Shown in pieces: positions 50,391 to 63,708 of a DNA stretch of 64,000 bases. Below the pieces are notes generated by a model. It was given only the letters and a program-made list of their open reading frames with translations, made no database searches and was not told where the DNA came from. The DNA is from Carcharhinus amblyrhynchos (Eukaryota). Position numbers and translations under genes: made by a program. Numbering within the stretch: the stretch's first letter is position 1; each line of letters starts with the position of its first letter. The stretch lies in assembly GCA_965287045.1 (NCBI GenBank), contig OZ336878.1, positions 51,708,001-51,772,000 on the forward strand, read 5' to 3'.

Positions 50391-50597
50391 GTGATGTGGA
50401 GATGCTGGCTTTGGACTGGAGTGGGCACAGTAAGAAGTCTCACGACACCAGGTTAAAATCCAATGGGTTTAATTGGAATCACAAGCTTTTGGAGCGCTGT
50501 TCCTTCATCAGGTGAATAAAGAGCAGCGCTTTGAAAGTTTGTGATTCCAAATAAACCTGTTGGTCTTTAACCTGGTGTGGCGAGACTTCCTACTTTT
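50391..50597. mobile_element. Short fold-back Penelope-like remnant
   Basis: Same arms as 632-845. Confidence 0.7.
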
Positions 50598-51639
50598 ACC
50601 AACTGGGGAGGGAGTGCATGTTAAATGTATTGCATGTTTCCGATGATTGTTACAATGGTGCAACTCAGCTATGGCAAGAAAATTCGTCACTGTTTTTTTT
50701 TGTTGTAGTACGGCAGAAAGTGCGTACAAACTGCAATTTTACCAGGCTTACGGGATTGGGTTAGGAGAGGGGGGAAGGCTGACAAAATGGCACAGGAAAA
50801 CATTGGGGGAGGCATAACATCTTCCTGCCACTATACCAACTTGTCAGCAGCAGGAAAGTTGGCAGAATAGTTGCCCACCAGGAACACAACTGAGCAACTT
50901 AAGTGGTCAACCAAAGTCGAGCATTTTTGCACACATTGAGGGGGAGGCGTGGCTGCACAGGGGAAACTCCTCTCCCCAGTGAAACCTGGCAGCCTCCTAG
51001 TGTGCACTGGGGAAATATTGGGGGTACAGGGGATGAGGACATGTGTGTATGAAAATAAGGGGAAGTTCATCTTTTTTGGTGCTCCAATGTTCACAAAAGT
51101 GCCCCCCCTCCTCCCACTGTGCCTCAAGACCACCAACCCAGCCAATGAATATTGTAGCCTGCTTGCCTGCCTGTGCTCGGTGTCCCCCCACACCACTTAC
51201 TAATCTTTGAAGGCACCCAGCTATCAGTCTGCAGCTGCTTTCTCAGCACTGGCCACCTTAATGATGACGCTGCTGAGTTTCCAGCCCCGTGATTGGACAA
51301 GCAGCTCCTGGCAGCAGTCCCAACTAAGTAGCCATTGCTGGGAATATGCCTTCCTGGATCCTGCCGCTGGCTGAAGTGGGAGTTGTTGTCCACTTTTGGC
51401 TATGTTCGGAAAACATCTGCTGCTGCATAAAACCCTTCACAGAGCTTTCACTGCATTGCTGATGAAGTAACAGCGATGGAACAGAAGCAGCTCATAATTT
51501 CTCAGTCAATGTTTCTGCTTTCTGCACAATGGATAAGTCTCTGAAGGGTGAATACAATCCATATTTTGAAGATAATGAAAAGAATTTATAACATGGACAT
51601 AATAAGAGGAACAAATAACACAAAGCAACCATCTCTTAC

Positions 51640-51842
51640 CTTTGGCTTGTATGCATTCAGCATGGACATTTCAACATTTTGCCCTCGGACAGGTTTTGGC
51701 TGCCGTTGGATAACAGGTGTTGATGACTTTTGATTATTACGACAAATGCAGATGAAGAAGAACAAAAGAGCAATTGCCAGGGGAATCGTCACACTCGGGA
51801 CGAGGATGTAAAGGATCTCCATCTTGTTGTTTTCTTTGGAGT
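51640..51842 (-). CDS. ROR1: ROR1 transmembrane exon
   Basis: (D)SKENNKMEILYILVPSVTIPLAIALLFFFICIC...NAYKPK; acceptor accag, donor gtaaga; 203 bp. Confidence 0.95.
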
Positions 51843-52036
51843 CTGGTTTTCAAAGAAAAAAAGTCATCTTAGTTCATTAATAATAAGACACAACAAAGCA
51901 CACAGTGGGAAGGAAGAGGGAAGGACAATGTCCAAGTTTTGAAAGCCCAGACATGGTGTTGCCTGATCACTACTTGTTGATTTGGCTTATCTTGTGCTTT
52001 TTGGAATCTTGTGTTTTTGTCATGAACTCAGGATCT

Positions 52037-52340
52037 TGGTGGCACAGTGGTTAGCACTGCTGCCTCATAGTACCAAGGACCCAGGAATCGATTCCTGGCT
52101 TAGGTCACTATCTATGTGGAATCTGCACATTCTCCCTGTGTCTGCATGCATTTTTTCTGGGTGCTCCGGTTTCTCCCCACAGTCGGAAAGACATGCTGGT
52201 TAAGTGCATTGGTGATGCTAAATTCTCCCTCAGTGTACCCGAACAGGCGGCAGAGTGTGGCGACCAGGGGATTTTCACAGTAACTTCACTGCAGTGTTAA
52301 TGTAAGCCTACTTGCAACACAAATAAACAAACTTCAAAGT
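52037..52340 (+). mobile_element. HE1-like SINE
   Basis: tRNA-like head ggtggcacagtggttagcactgctgcctca. Confidence 0.85.
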
Positions 52341-52418
52341 ACTGTAAAAATCCAGTATACTGACCCAATACATTATATATCAAATCCTCTTTCAGAAATT
52401 TCGATACATGGTGCTTAC

Positions 52419-52664
52419 CACACAGTGGAATCTCACACAACTCCAATTTCACCGATTCATCCAGAGTAAAGCACCACGGAGCGTCCTTGTGATTCCCGGG
52501 GTTACGGCAATATGAGTGGCCACCGTTGAGTTCAGGATATTTAACAGCAGTGTACGAATGACTGTGTGGATACTGAGAGTTCCATGGCTGACACTGTCGA
52601 CCCGATTTGGTGACACTCACGGTGCCCCGGTAATCGATACCGCTAATATTAAAGCATTTGTGAT
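52419..52664 (-). CDS. ROR1: ROR1 kringle exon
   Basis: [27 protein letters not shown]...YCRNPG...PWCF...CEIPLC; acceptor tcacag, donor gtaagc; 246 bp. Confidence 0.95.
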
Positions 52665-54143
52665 CTGTGAGGGGAGCAAAGACACACAGTAGAGAAGCTG
52701 TCGCTTGGTTGTATCGAGTTTGAACACTGCTAAAAGGAGAGATGTTAAACTTTTCCTCATAAGGATAAACACAACGAGTGCCAAATTTTAAACGACCACA
52801 GCAATTTATACTACAGCAGAAAAAGGTGTTGATTGGTTTGCGAGTCAACTCTGATTGGCCAAGGTGTTGTCCTGGAGAAAGCAACCAGGAACTATAGGCT
52901 CCCCAAACTCCCAGTAATTCAAAAAAGGTGCAAGGTTTGAATATCTCTCTTTTCTTTGAAGAGAACGGTCCCTGCATGTGAATGTATGTCGCTCCTAGCG
53001 AGCTTAACTGAGCCATATTACAATCGTTGCTGATTATTTTAAATAATCTCCAAGGCAATGCCTCAGCCAGAGTCAACTAGCCAACCAATCAGCCAATCCT
53101 TTTGAAAATACCATTCAGTGAAAAAGATTTTTGATAATTTGAGGTTTTTTTGATGGTTGAATTAAGTTTCCTAGCAAATCCCCAAGTCATAAACTAAGAA
53201 TGTTTCAGGTTCTGTTCCTAATTGGTGTTGAGTTAGTAAGCTGAGCTCAGCCCGAGCCACCTGTAGAGCACTAAATTGGCCACGGTAACCCTGAGTTAGG
53301 TAAGGCAAGTGAACTGGGGTTCATACTCTCTATCAGTACAACAATCCCTATTGGAAAATGCTGTATCTGGATGTTGGGTAAACAAAGAATCAGGCTCAGC
53401 TGTGATGCTCCTTGTGGTCAAACGGTTTGCTGACATTCATTAAGAAGAATGGTGACCAACTGCTGCCTATGAAACCATATCCTACCAAGAAATCAAAGCG
53501 TTCTAGAAAGAGAGAAAATGGGTGAGAAGGAAAACAAGGTACTTGTAATTGTGAACCTGTTAATAGCCATGTTTATATTAACCAAGAAAAACTTTTGTAA
53601 CACAACAGTATCTTTCCTTGTTTGAATGCAGCTCGATATTTTTACTTCACGTTTAATCCCTAATTGGCAAACTATTTGACCATGAAAGCTGAGTTTGACA
53701 CTCCAGTTGTTTAGTAGCTATTAGCACCATACATTATCCTGAGCTATGAACACCAGGACAGCCCCAAAGTCTCTGCTCAGTTACTTGATCTTAGCTTAGG
53801 CAGCGTCACAGAGATTATTGCCCTGGGTTAGGGATTGCTGTGGGGGAAGATGAGGCAAAAGAAATGAATCAGGATTTCAGCTGCTGATTACAATGCCCCT
53901 CTACAGAATATATCCGATAACACTGCCCACCCACCCCCCTCCCACCCCCCGTGGACTAGTTCATTCATAAAGAACAGCCATTGGAGGGAGATGATTATTG
54001 ACACTTATGGAATTATTCCCCGACATCAGATACTACCTTCAGTAAAGAAGTGAACAGAATATAAACAACAAATACAGAGAAAGCTCTCAAACTGTTGGAA
54101 TAATCTATAGTCTCTTTCAGTCGAAGAACGCGTATTTACGTAC

Positions 54144-54461
54144 TCTTATTGATGGGTTCAGCCATTGGAATTCCGATGCGCATGCAGTTTGCCGCTTCTG
54201 GACTGTCCGGCATGGGAAGGTCTTCACAGTTTGGCAGCTTCAATCTCATTAGGATCAAAGGATTTGATCTGGCAAAAATATATTCTGTCTTGCAAAGGTC
54301 ATTTTCCAGAATCTCGCACTCATCTCTGCAAAGGTCACGAGGTTTGGGTACTGATGAGGTATCATCACAGTAAGGGAAAGCAAAGTGGCACAGCGAGGGG
54401 ATGGCAAACTGGGAACAACGATCTGTTAGGTGATTTGAGGTTCCAATCATGGTGAAAGCAG
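54144..54461 (-). CDS. ROR1: ROR1 frizzled-like CRD exon (second part)
   Basis: [33 protein letters not shown]...[11 protein letters not shown]; acceptor ccgtag, donor gtacgt; 318 bp. Confidence 0.95.
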
Positions 54462-55174
54462 CTACGGAGTAAATGAGCAAGATTACTAATTTGATATAGT
54501 TTAAAGCTCTAAGCAATTTTCCAAATCAGTAGCAATAATTATATTGAATAAACTACTTGATGAAGCTCAATTTAACTTTGGGGAATAATCAAAATTACAG
54601 AAATTCTTCAATAAATTACATCAAAACATATTCATTAGATGAACTTACAAGAGACCCTTCTTTTCCAAGAAAAATATTTCAGGACAATTAGATAACTGTA
54701 AAGAATTCTGCCCTTTAATGTCCCAAAGATCCTCTGGTTAGGTTAGTGGGTAAATTCACTGCCATGTGTGGAACTAAATGCTGAGGGCTCCAAAGGTCCC
54801 AATTTCAATTCCAAGTCAGTGCTAAGCTACCTCATCTCAAATGGAACAGCAAGATGGTTTCTGATGGCTACTCAGTATAACTTGTTGGAAAATGCACATC
54901 CTTAGATATCAGCCTGGATAACAAATTGGACCTGTCCACAATTCTCATCTCCTGTTTCAACAATGTACTGGTTCACACATTTTGAATGGCTCTTTAGCAG
55001 ATTATTGGAAGGAGATGAGTGTCTATGGAGCCATTGATCAGCACTTCAGCCAACTTGACAAATACCAGAGACCAAACCCATAATTTACTAACTGAAGTAA
55101 AAGCTTCTAACTTTCAGCCTGACCACAGCCTTAGACCCTTTATCAAAGCATGAATGCAGGTACAGCTCATCATT

Positions 55175-55678
55175 TTTGTCCACAACAACTCTCACCAATG
55201 TTTACAGATGCACCATAGAAAGCATTCTTTCTGGATGTATCGCAGCTTGGTAGGGTTCCTGTTCACAAGAAACTACAGAGTTGTGAACGTAGCCCAGTCA
55301 CACAAACCAATCTCCATTGACTTTGTCTACGCTTCCCGTTCCCTCGACAAAGCAGCCGACATAATCACTGACCCCACGTACCCCAGACGTACTCTCGTCC
55401 ACCTTCTTCCGTAGGGAAAAGATGCAAAAGTCTGAGGTCATGTGCCAACTGACTCAAGAATAGCTTCTTCCCTGCTGCTAATAGACTTTTGAATGAACCT
55501 ATCTATATTAAACTGATCTTTCTCTGCACCCCAGCTATGACTGTAACACTACATTCTGCGTCCTCTCCTTTTTTTCTCTCTGATAAACTCTATGAATGGT
55601 CTGTTTTGCTCTCAGGAAACAATACTTTTCACTGTATACCAATACGTGTGACAATAATTAATCAAATCAAATCAAAAA
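55175..55678 (+). mobile_element. Rex1/Babar-like LINE 3' fragment
   Basis: tacagatgcaccatagaaagc and agcttcttccctgctgc segments; (aatca)n tail. Confidence 0.75.
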
Positions 55679-55685
55679 CCAATAC

Positions 55686-55813
55686 CTGTGATTTGATTTT
55701 CAATTTCACCTTGCATCTGGAGCGAATCCACGTATATGCTGCTGTTTGCGATGAACCTTGCACAGGCAATACCCCTGTACGGCTGACAAAAGCCATCTTC
55801 TTCAAACATAACC
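55686..55813 (-). CDS. ROR1: ROR1 CRD exon (first part); upstream exons lie outside the window
   Basis: [42 protein letters not shown]; acceptor ctgtag, donor gtattg; 128 bp. Confidence 0.95.
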
Positions 55814-56930
55814 CTACAGAGGGAAAGGAAAGGCAACAAACGTTTGTTTGGAATGTTTGTTTAAACTATGGTGGCCGCTAGAGGGCACTGTTATAAACAT
55901 CTTTACCAATTGCGAACTCAGTTCTCTCGTCTCAATGTTCGAAAGCCATCAAAGAACATCTTGAAAAAATTAAGTTATTTAAAAAAACAAAGACCTTCCG
56001 TGAACTTCTAATTTTAGCTCTTTCAGCTGACAGAAAAAAAACAAAATTCTGCAGTGCTTTACGCTCACAGTATTATTGATCATCCTTTTCTTACTAATTT
56101 TTCTTTCCACCTCTCTTGATGTTACTAATTTTAAGGTAGGGCAGCACAAGCACTGGCCATCCTTCTTACAAATAACGATTCTCTGTGAGTGTTTCCAGTG
56201 AGTGTAAACAGGCTATTCACAGCCAAGCCTAATCCTAATCACTGGGACCAATCCCAAGGCATAAACACACAAGGCAGGATTCTCCACTCTTGGTCCTCAA
56301 CAGGATCTATTACCAGCGGGGATGGGGAATTTGGCATTCCAGCTAAAACTCCATTCGCTTTCAATGGCACCAGAAAATCCCAGCCATGAACAAGGATGAA
56401 AGATTTCAGCCTTGCTCTAAACTGATGTGCTGTTTAATCAGAGGTGTCACTTCTTGGATGAATTGTTAAACTGAGATCCCGCCTGCCTATTTGGTGAATA
56501 TTAAAGATCCAAAGACTGGGACACTGGGAGTCTCCCAGTGTCTTGGCCAACATCATCAAACACCCACCTGTTGACTATAGCGACGTGGTTTGTGAGATCG
56601 TGCTTTGTGCAGTTTGGTTGCTGTGGTAATAATAATAAATGGACTAGAAAGTAACATTGTGAATCATTTTGAGACAATTCTTAGTCAAATAATAAAGTGC
56701 TTCTTAAGCGCAAGATTTTTTTTCTCTTCTTTTTGATACCATTGTATTTCAGTCACCATATATATCCTGACCTTTGTTATTCCTCCTGGGGACAATGGTA
56801 ATGTTGAATTTTAAAGATATATACACATATAGGTAGAAGGGTTGATAAATGACATGATCGGCTACCAGGAAAGATAAAGGACAATCAATTTGATTGTAGT
56901 ATTACTTTCCTAAATTTCCTAAAACAAAGT

Positions 56931-57959
56931 GGAGCGGAATTTTACTGGCCCACCCCACCTATCGATGGACGGAGTGAACCGGTAAAATCGCACAATAGCC
57001 AAGGAATCAGGACTGTGCCCAATTTCTCGGCTCTCGCAATCTTACAATAGTCGGATTTCTGAACTGGTCAGCCTCTCACCAGAACTGGGCGAGAGGCTAA
57101 ATAATTTATTTAAATATATTTAAATGCTTATTTGCGTGTGTTTAGTAAGACACTCAATCATCCAGGCTCACTTGACTTTATGGCCTCTCCGAGAGAGGTT
57201 CTCTCCGGCAAGGAAAATACCTGCTCCCCATGAATGGGGAATAGTCCTGTTCACCTCGCTGGTGGGACCAGTGGTTACTGAGGCACCCTGGGGAAGGCTG
57301 AAGATGAGGTGGTGCCCCATTGGCAGTGTCAATCTGGCACCTTGGCACTGCCAGCCTGCCACATGGGCAGTGCTCACTGCACACCTTGGCACTGCCCATT
57401 GTGCAGTGCCGGGGTGGGACCAGTGGGGGAGGGTCCTTTAGGGCAGGGCCTGAATTTTACCGGCTCGCCCCACCTATCGATGGGTGGAGTGAGCCGGTAA
57501 TATTGCCCCTAAAGGGTGACCCAGTCGTGGGAGGACAGGAAGGCCCACTGCACACTCTGCAACGGGTCGGAGGGGGGTGCAATCGGTCTGGGGTGGGGGG
57601 GTTGCTGCAGGGGCTAGATGTCCATGCGTTGTGGGACTTGTGATTGGCTATGGGCCCCTGCGATTGCATGGTTGGGAGGGGGGATGGGAGAGCTGGTTTG
57701 AGGCTGCCTCCAGTAGCAGGTGCTTGACAGCTCTCTCTATCTGTCAGACTCCTGCTGCTGCCATTGTAGCTGCCTCTGCAGGCTGGCAGGCAAATTAAGC
57801 CCAGCCCACTTCCTGCAGCAGCTAGCAACAATCTAGACCATTTTTTCAATGACTAAGTATATAAGATTGGATGTGAAAACTCGCCCAGAAAATAGATCAG
57901 GAACTCTCCCATTTTCACGCTAGCTGGTTACTTAGAATCAACCTCGTAAAATTCCACCC
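56931..57959. mobile_element. Non-autonomous DNA transposon with an internal short palindrome
   Basis: Ends ggagcggaattttac ... gtaaaattccaccc; palindrome near 57445-57510. Confidence 0.6.
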
Positions 57960-58839
57960 ACTATAGCTGCCAGTGTTGAGTGCCCAATGGCTTAAAGGAT
58001 TGATACATTTGGCTGGGACATTTACACCAAAGAATACTCTGCAATGTAGCTACATGTAGAACTTCAATCACTTGTCCAAGGATGTTCAGGTTAGGTTGAT
58101 TGGCTGTGCTAAATTGACCCTTAGGGTCAGGGAATTAGCAGGGTAGATATGTGTCATTGTGGAAATGGGACCTGGGGGGGATTGAGATTGGTGCAGGCTC
58201 AATGGGTTGAATGACTTCCTTCTGCACTGAAGGGATTCTATGACGCTATGTTGTTCAATCTATTAAAGTTATTGCGTTGTTACTATCATTTCCTCCTTTG
58301 TCTTTCAGCTGTGGTTGGGAGACATGTTGCCATTTTGTGCTGCTATCACTTGGACTGGTATATAGGAGTTGCAAGTGCTAGATGCAAGTGCAAGGTGGTA
58401 TAAGAGTGATGAGATTTTTCTAGTCTTTTCTCTCTCCTTGTGAGAATGTATCGCGAGCGGAATTTAATACCTTTCTCTAAGAGTTTGTTGGTGGGTGGGA
58501 ACCACATGGTCTTCCCGTCTCCATATTTGTGCAGGAAAACCCATGGCCAGCCTTCCTGTCTCTCCACTAATTGAGGCCCTTAAGTGGGAAATTAATGGTC
58601 ATTTAAGGGCCTTGTCCTGCTCTTGCTTGTATTAACTTAATGGCTGGGGGGGTGCTCACTATGCAGAAAGCTTGACGAGTAAAACCGTGTGGAGTCTCTT
58701 GCATGGTCCCTGTGGGCAATGGGCTGCTCCTTGTTTAAAAGCACTCAGGCCTGATTGATGGGCATGGCATTGATAAGTGAGGGACTTGGCATTGGAAGGG
58801 ACAGACCTGGTATCGGTAAGTGAAGGACCTAAAGTTATA

Positions 58840-59125
58840 GTTTTTAAAGTTTTATTTAACAGTCACAAGTAAGGCTTACGTTAACAGTGCAATGAAGTTA
58901 CTGTGAAATTCCCCTAGTCTCCATACTCCAGTGCCTGTTCAGGTCAATGCACCTAACCTGCATGTCTTTCTAACTGTGGGAGGAAACTGGAGCAAACGAA
59001 GGAAACCCATGCAGACAAAGGGAGAACGCGCAAAGTCTACACAGTGACCCAAGCCAGGAATTGAACCCGGGTCCCTGGCGTTGTGAAGCAGCAGTGCTAA
59101 CCACTGTGCTACCGTATTGCCCCTG
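58840..59125 (-). mobile_element. HE1-like SINE
   Basis: Reverse complement of the tRNA-like head at 59055-59122. Confidence 0.85.
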
Positions 59126-60189
59126 GCATCGGTAAGGGAGGGACCTGGTATCGGTAAGGGGGGGACTGGTATCAGTAAGGGAAATGCCTGCTGAGAGCTA
59201 CACCTTGTGCCTTGCTGCTGAACCTCCCTCGATCCCCTTTCTGCAAATCCCTTCCGCCATCACTCACTTGTTTGCTTGTCACGCTCCTTGTATGGTGGGT
59301 CTCCCACCTGCTGATGGCAGCAAGATGAGGGCCCTGAATGGGTATTAACTGCCCATTTAGCGGCTTTATTTGAGGCAGGACAGGTAGACCATCTGTAGGG
59401 ACTTAATCGCACACCGTACACACCACAAAGCAGGCATTAAATCCCATCCCTAATGCTAATGAATACCATTTGCAATAACAGTATTAGTGGCTCATTCACT
59501 GTCCCTCAGCATTATCCATGATGGCCAATATCACACCGTTTTTCAAACTGGCAACTCCAAAGCCCTAAAATATTCACCAATGGGTCATGGGATCCCCGAA
59601 AGTCTTTAAATTTCTGGGGTTTTTTTGTGTGGTTTTTGTCCTCCACCCCGAATCCCAGGCTAAACATAATAAATATAATTTACTGCAATGTTGGCAGTGC
59701 TTTCAGTGAGTAGTTGACACTGCTGTTAAAAAGGGAATGGTTTCCAACAGCAAAAGCAGCACTGTATACACATGTACAATATAATTAGTAATTGTACCAC
59801 TCTAGATTGATTTCTACTTAGCGGCAGCATCTAAACCAGCTGCTTCAGCCTTGTCATTCACATTGGTACAATCAAAGCTGAAGACATTCTCGGAATGACT
59901 TTCACAAGCTATATATTTATACAATATTCTTATAACAACCTACAAATCTTGGAAATGCATACCGCAAACTTGTAACAAGCTCCAATAATTCAACAAACTG
60001 AAAGTGTTGCACAGTAAAACCTCTGACAGAAAAGGTTGCAATTTGGGGAGGAACTGACTCTTATCCAACCAACAAGGAATGAATGAACAATCACTTCCGA
60101 ATCCAATATTACAAATCACATCTTCCTGAAATGGAATCAGGATGTGCTACCTATAAAGGATAGCAAATGTAATTGAGGAAAGGATATTT

Positions 60190-61150
60190 CATCGGAGGTA
60201 GCAGTGATTGCACTGGAATGCTGCACACGTTCTCAACAGCAGCAAGACATCACTGCAGGAGTTCCTCAGGGTCATGTCCAAGGTCCAACTATCTTCAGCT
60301 GCTTCATCAATGACCTTGCTTCCAGCATAAGGTCTGAAGTGGGGATGTTCGCTGGTGATTGTAGTGTTCAGCACTATTTGCAACTCCTCAAATACTGAGG
60401 CAGCATGCAGCAAGACCTGGATGGCAGGCTTGGGCTGATGAGTGACAAGTAGCCTTCATGCCACACAAGTGCAAGACATTGATCATCTCCCTTTGACATT
60501 CAATGCTATTACCATCTCCCGCTAACATCCTGGAGGTTAACATCGTTCAGAAACTTCTCAGCCATAACAATATTGTTTTTATATGGATAAGTCAAAGGTT
60601 GAGAATTCTGTGGCGAGTAACTCACCTCCCAACTTCCCAATGTCTGTCCATCATCCACAAGGCATAAGTCAGGAGTGTGATGGAATAGCCTCCACTTCCC
60701 TGGATGAGTGCTGCTCCAACAACACTCAATAAGTTGAATCCCATCCAGGACGAGGCAACAGGCTTGACTGGCACCTCATCCACCATCTTAAAATTTCACT
60801 CCTTCACTACACAGTGTATACCACCTACAAGATGTAATTGCAACAACTCACCAAGATTCTGTCCAAAGCTGTGACCTCCATCACCTAGAAAGACAGGGGC
60901 AGTATACACATGGGAACATCATCACCTGCAAGTTCCACTCCAAGTCACACACCATCCTGACTTGGAAATATATTGCCATTCCTTCACAGTTGCGGGGTCA
61001 AAATTCAAGAAACCGTCCCAAATAGCACTGTGGGTGTATCTACTTCACATGTACTCTAGTGGTTCAAGAACACGGCTCACCATCACCTTCTCAACGGCGA
61101 TTAAAGATGGCAATAAAATCCAGCCTCGTTAGTGATGCTCACATCCCATT
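60190..61150 (+). mobile_element. LINE RT and 3' end
   Basis: ITAGVPQGHVQGPTIFSCFINDL...MFAGDC RT motifs. Confidence 0.8.
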
Positions 61151-61993
61151 AATGGGAAAAGAACACCCACAATAAGGTAGGTTAACTTCATTATTCTTCT
61201 ATTTGAGAAGCCAAGAGGAGCAGGAATGCATCTCCTTGCTGCACAAAATGGCTGATTTGCGGCTGGTGGCCTAGGCTTGTTGCCCCATGCCCAGAATTGA
61301 CATACAGCCCAATTTTCCAAGTTTCTATCTGGTGTTCTGCATTAGGAAACTTGGTTAACATTGATGGTGTGCTGGTTTTATGGAAATTAGACTTGAGGCC
61401 TGATTTCCAGTGAAGCTTAGGTCAACCTCTTTGCAATTTTGCAATGCTTTCTTGTCCTATACAAAACATCTATTCCCATCTCCTTTACCAACTCTCTGCT
61501 TTAAATAATTCTAGTTGCCAAGTACGTACCTCAGATACACTACCAGACTGTCTGAACTGTCAGAATCCTAAACACAGTAGATGGTTTAATGGTTCTTTTA
61601 CTTTGGGAAAGTAGTCTGATGGAGTTTACAGCTGTTTGTGAAAGACTGGGCAGAATCCAGTTATGATCCTTCATAGCTCCCTTTCTCTCAGCAGCCCATT
61701 TTACCTGTGATTTTTTAAAAGTCCATTCATGGGATGTGAGCATTGCTGACAAGACTTGCATTAATTGCCCATCCCTAATTGCCCTTGAGAAGTTGGCGGT
61801 GAGCTGCATTTTTAAACTACAGTGGTTCATGTGGTGCAGATACGTCCACAGTATTGTTCGCAAGGGAGGTTTTCAATTCAGTGGCAGTGAAGGAATGATG
61901 ACAATATTCTAAGTCAGCGTTGTGGGTGACTTGGAGAGGGACTTGCTGGTTGCCATGTTCTGACATGCACCTGCAGCCCTTGTCCTTCTAGGT

Positions 61994-62650
61994 CTGGGGT
62001 CTCCAAACTATAGCCCGTGGGCCACATCTGGCTCACAGCAGGCTACATCTGGCCTGCAGCCAGTGGGGCGGGACAAAATTCTTGCTGCCAAAAACATTCC
62101 CGCATCCAGAACCCCGCCGTTGACTCAGGACCCGGACGCGGGGACAGAAGCCACAGGCTGGACATTTGTTGCTGCTCCATGCAGTGTCTGATGGACCCAT
62201 GGGAACCTCACCCTCTTTACTGGCCTATTGTCCAATCAGTGCTGCCATCCTATGACTGACAGTTCATTAAACGAATCAGCAATTGAGACAGGTTATCCAA
62301 TTGCTGCTCTGCATTTACTGAGTGACAGCTGCTTTATCCAATCCGTAAGCTCCACCTGTCTGAAATAAGCAAGAACACTGACAATGACGGCGGCAATTCA
62401 GACCAATCGTAGAGTGACGTGCTCAGCGCAACACCCACATTGTGGTTGACATCTGTTGCAGCCAACAGCCGTGTGCTGCTGTAATGCAGTCACCAATCGC
62501 AACAAATTTAAAATTATTTGACACCTTTTTTAGAAAAATGACTATTATTAAAGTAACCCTCTAACTTTCGAACCATTCTTTTTCTTTGGCCCATGAAAAT
62601 GTGTAAAATATACGACGTGGCCTTCGTACTGAAAAGTTTGGAGACTCCTG
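61994..62650. mobile_element. Non-autonomous hAT element nested in a LINE 3' end (61720-62770, minus strand)
   Basis: TIRs ctggggtctccaaact / agtttggagactcctg; perfect 8-bp TSD ttctaggt at 61986-61993 and 62651-62658. Confidence 0.9.
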
Positions 62651-63039
62651 TTCTAGGTGGCGATAATAGCGGATGAACACTTGTGTTTTTATGACTTTAC
62701 TTTCGTACATTTAACAGAGACAATAAAATGTGGGGTTGGAAGGAGCTTTGGTGACTTGTTTGCAGTGCATTTCACTCCCATTGACTACAATGATGCTACA
62801 CCTGGTGCTCACAGGCACTCACTCTCACTGCACCTTAACAGTGACTTTTAAGATTAAGACTTTTAAATTGACTTGAAGGTTTCTGGGAGGTGCAGTTACA
62901 ATTTATTTTGTATTTATTCTGAAAAATAAATGTGGCTTTTAAGAACTTTTTATTTTCTTCAAATAAACCTTGTTGGGCATACCCAACTTTTGTGTGCTGT
63001 AGATTATTAGCCTATTTATGGATGAGTTATAACATCCAG

Positions 63040-63372
63040 ACAAAGGTCTTTTGTTAAGAGAGATGTTTAAAATTAATAGGGGATTTTGGCACAGAAGATA
63101 GGGAGAAACTGTCTCCACTAGCAGGAGAGCCAATAACAATATAAAACTGATGTCAAGTTAACTGGCAAACATCCAGGGGGGAAAATTAGGAGAATTTTTT
63201 TCATGCTGTTATAATGACTTGGAGTACACTAGCTGAAACAATGGTGGAAGCAGATTCAACAATAACTTTCGAAAGAGAATAGACTCTCACATACTTAAAA
63301 AGGAGGAATCTTTCAAAGAGCCAGAACAAACAAGATGGGTTGAATGGTCTCTCTTGGTGCTGTGACTCTATG
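63040..63372 (+). mobile_element. CR1 3' end fragment
   Basis: agatagggagaaactgt...gtggaagcagattc...ctgtgactctatga. Confidence 0.6.
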
Positions 63373-63392
63373 AGTTGTTACTGTGTAGTCTG

Positions 63393-63708
63393 GTGGCATA
63401 GTGGTTAGCCCTGCTGCCTCACAACGTCAGGGACATGGGTTCAATTCCAGCCTAGGGTGACTATCTGTGTGGAGCTGCATGTTTTCCCCGTGCCTGCGTG
63501 GGTTTCCTCTGGGTGTTCTGGTTTCCTAGACACTCCAAAGATGTACAGGTTTGGATGGTGGATGGTGGATGATGATAAATTGTCCCTTTGAATTGGGGGA
63601 TTAGCAAATATGTGGGGATACGGGGATATATGGGGCCTGGGTGGGATTGTTATCGGTACAGGCTTGATGGACTGAATGGCCTCCTTCTGCACTGTTACGA
63701 TTCTGCAA
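63393..63708 (+). mobile_element. HE1-like SINE
   Basis: ggtggcatagtggttagccctgctgcctcac...gggttcaattcc. Confidence 0.85.

Noticed and set aside
52665-53076. N-terminal extension of the 259-aa kringle ORF
   Set aside because: Intronic read-through; the exon begins at the acceptor at 52664.
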